DNA of 64,000 nt from Mobula hypostoma (taxonomy: Eukaryota). A model generated the notes under the pieces. It did not search any database. It was not told where the DNA came from and saw nothing but the letters and a program-made list of their open reading frames with translations. Shown in pieces: positions 62,735 through 64,000 of this stretch. A program made the translations under genes and the position numbers. The stretch lies in NCBI RefSeq assembly GCF_963921235.1, contig NC_086101.1:109802001-109866000 (forward strand). Direction: 5' to 3'. The first letter of the stretch is position 1, and each line of letters starts with the position of its first letter.

Positions 62735-63285
62735 CATTCTGTGGCCATTTTATTAGGTATTTGCTCATTAATGCAAATGTCTAATTGGCCAATCATGTGG
62801 CAGCAACTCTATGCACAAAAGCATACAAACATGGTCAAGAGGTTCAGTTGTTCAGACCAATCATCAGAATGGGAAAGAAATGTGATCTAAGTGACTTTGG
62901 CTGTGGAATGACTGTTGGTTTCAGACAGGGTGGTTTGAGTGTCTCAGAAACTGCTGACCTCCTGGGATTTTCACACATAGCAGTTCCTAGACTTTACAGA
63001 GGATGGTATGAAAAACACACAGAAGAACAACCAGTGAGCGGCAGTTCTGTGGGGTGAACACGCCTTGTTAATGACAGAGGTCAGAGTAGAATGGTCAGAC
63101 TGATTCAAGCTGACAGGAAGGTGACAGTAACTCAAATAACCACATGTTACAACAGTGTTGTGCAGAAGAGCATCTCTGAATGCACAACACGTTGAACCTT
63201 GAAGTGGATGGGCTCCAGGAGCAGAAGACCACAAACTTAATAAGGTGGCAACAAGAGGCACCTAATAGAGTGGCCACTGAGTGAA
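62735..63285 (+). mobile_element. Tc1-derived non-autonomous element
   Basis: MGKKCDLSDFGCGMTVG..SVSETADLLGF; TIRs GTGGCCATTTTATTAGG and CCTAATAGAGTGGCCACTGAGTG. Confidence 0.85.
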
Positions 63286-63334
63286 TGCCAGTGATCATAA
63301 ACCCGATTCTGAAGAAAAGACTATTCCAAGTTAC

Positions 63335-63661
63335 CTGCAACGATGACATTTGAGACCGCACAGCATTCTTGTTTGGAGGCGGAATCTTTGAAGCAACTTG
63401 TGTAGTTTCCTGCTTGGGAAGTTGTGATGTTTTTTAGCAGCAGAGTAGCATTTCCACTTGCATAGCTGGCCAAAACACCAGGGATCTCTTTTACAGGTGG
63501 CTCCTGGCCAATGCTCATGGTAGTAATCAAGTTTCTGCCTTGCATCCAGGTTAGGTGTAGATTAGATGTAAAACATTTCAGATTGTGGGAAAAGTGGAGG
63601 ATTAGATCTTCCCCTGCCCTTACTGTGACCTCTGTGGAGCTTGCCCAGACATCTCTTTCAC
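63335..63661 (-). CDS. Gene B Ig V-set exon with non-canonical cysteines
   Basis: (G)ERDVWASSTEVTVRAGEDLILHFSHNLKCF..LHLTWMQG..GNATLLLKNITTSQAGNYTSCFKDSASKQECCAVSNVIVA. Acceptor ctttcatccttag|GT, donor GCAG|gtaact; 327 nt, phase 1-1. Confidence 0.85.
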
Positions 63662-63879
63662 CTAAGGATGAAAGGAACACATAACTATACAGCAACATGC
63701 CCATGATGTTGTGCCCACCTTTCAACCTACCTTTAGTTCCTTCCCTCCCAGGTAACCCTCCATTTTCCTCTCATCCATCTGCCCCAAGGTCTCTTGTTGT
63801 TGTTGCTCCTTTCCACGCTTTGTGGCTCATTGGGTGGGACCTTGCTGGTTCTGTAGCATTTTTTGTCTGCTTCTTTTTA

Positions 63880-64000
63880 CCAGGCCAAGTTGCTAGCTTG
63901 GCGCTCAACCCAACACGGTTGGAAAGCGTGTAAGGAGCTGGCCAGATTCGAACGCAGGACCACTCGCCTCAAAGTCCAGTGCAGATGGCACTTTGCCACC
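63880..64000 (-). mobile_element. tRNA-derived SINE fragment
   Basis: Same head and body as the 2204 and 42296 copies; runs to the window edge. Confidence 0.75.

Overview
Repeat-rich vertebrate DNA, most likely a cartilaginous fish (ray/shark). This is inferred from the repeat families: CR1 LINEs, V-SINE-like elements, the 52-bp minisatellite and Penelope remnants. Two immunoglobulin-superfamily genes, assembled by hand from splice sites, lie on the minus strand. Gene A appears complete: six coding exons (37002 to 5388), 864 nt, 287 aa. It encodes a type I receptor with one VJ-type Ig domain of CD28/CTLA-4/TMIGD2/NKp30 style but no MYPPPY motif, an uncharged TM segment and a tail ending in an ITIM-like AIYSEI. 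Gene B lies upstream (63661 to 61391; leader exon not found, probably outside the window). It encodes a V-set domain lacking both canonical cysteines, followed by a GPI-signal-like final exon. The rest is mostly mobile DNA: a pol-less class I ERV remnant, many CR1 copies, a young L1-clade element nested in a CR1 (14-bp TSD), Rex1/Babar, two Gypsy elements with PNMA-like gag, Tc1/mariner MITEs, SINEs and minisatellite arrays. One Gypsy carries a captured, intronless myosin heavy-chain tail fragment. Also seen: Penelope-type minimal hammerhead ribozyme motifs, a cDNA-like copy of mature tRNA-Pro (CCA plus G34), and inverted CR1 twins bracketing the V exon of gene A. There are two N gaps. All family assignments come from recalled motifs, not database searches.
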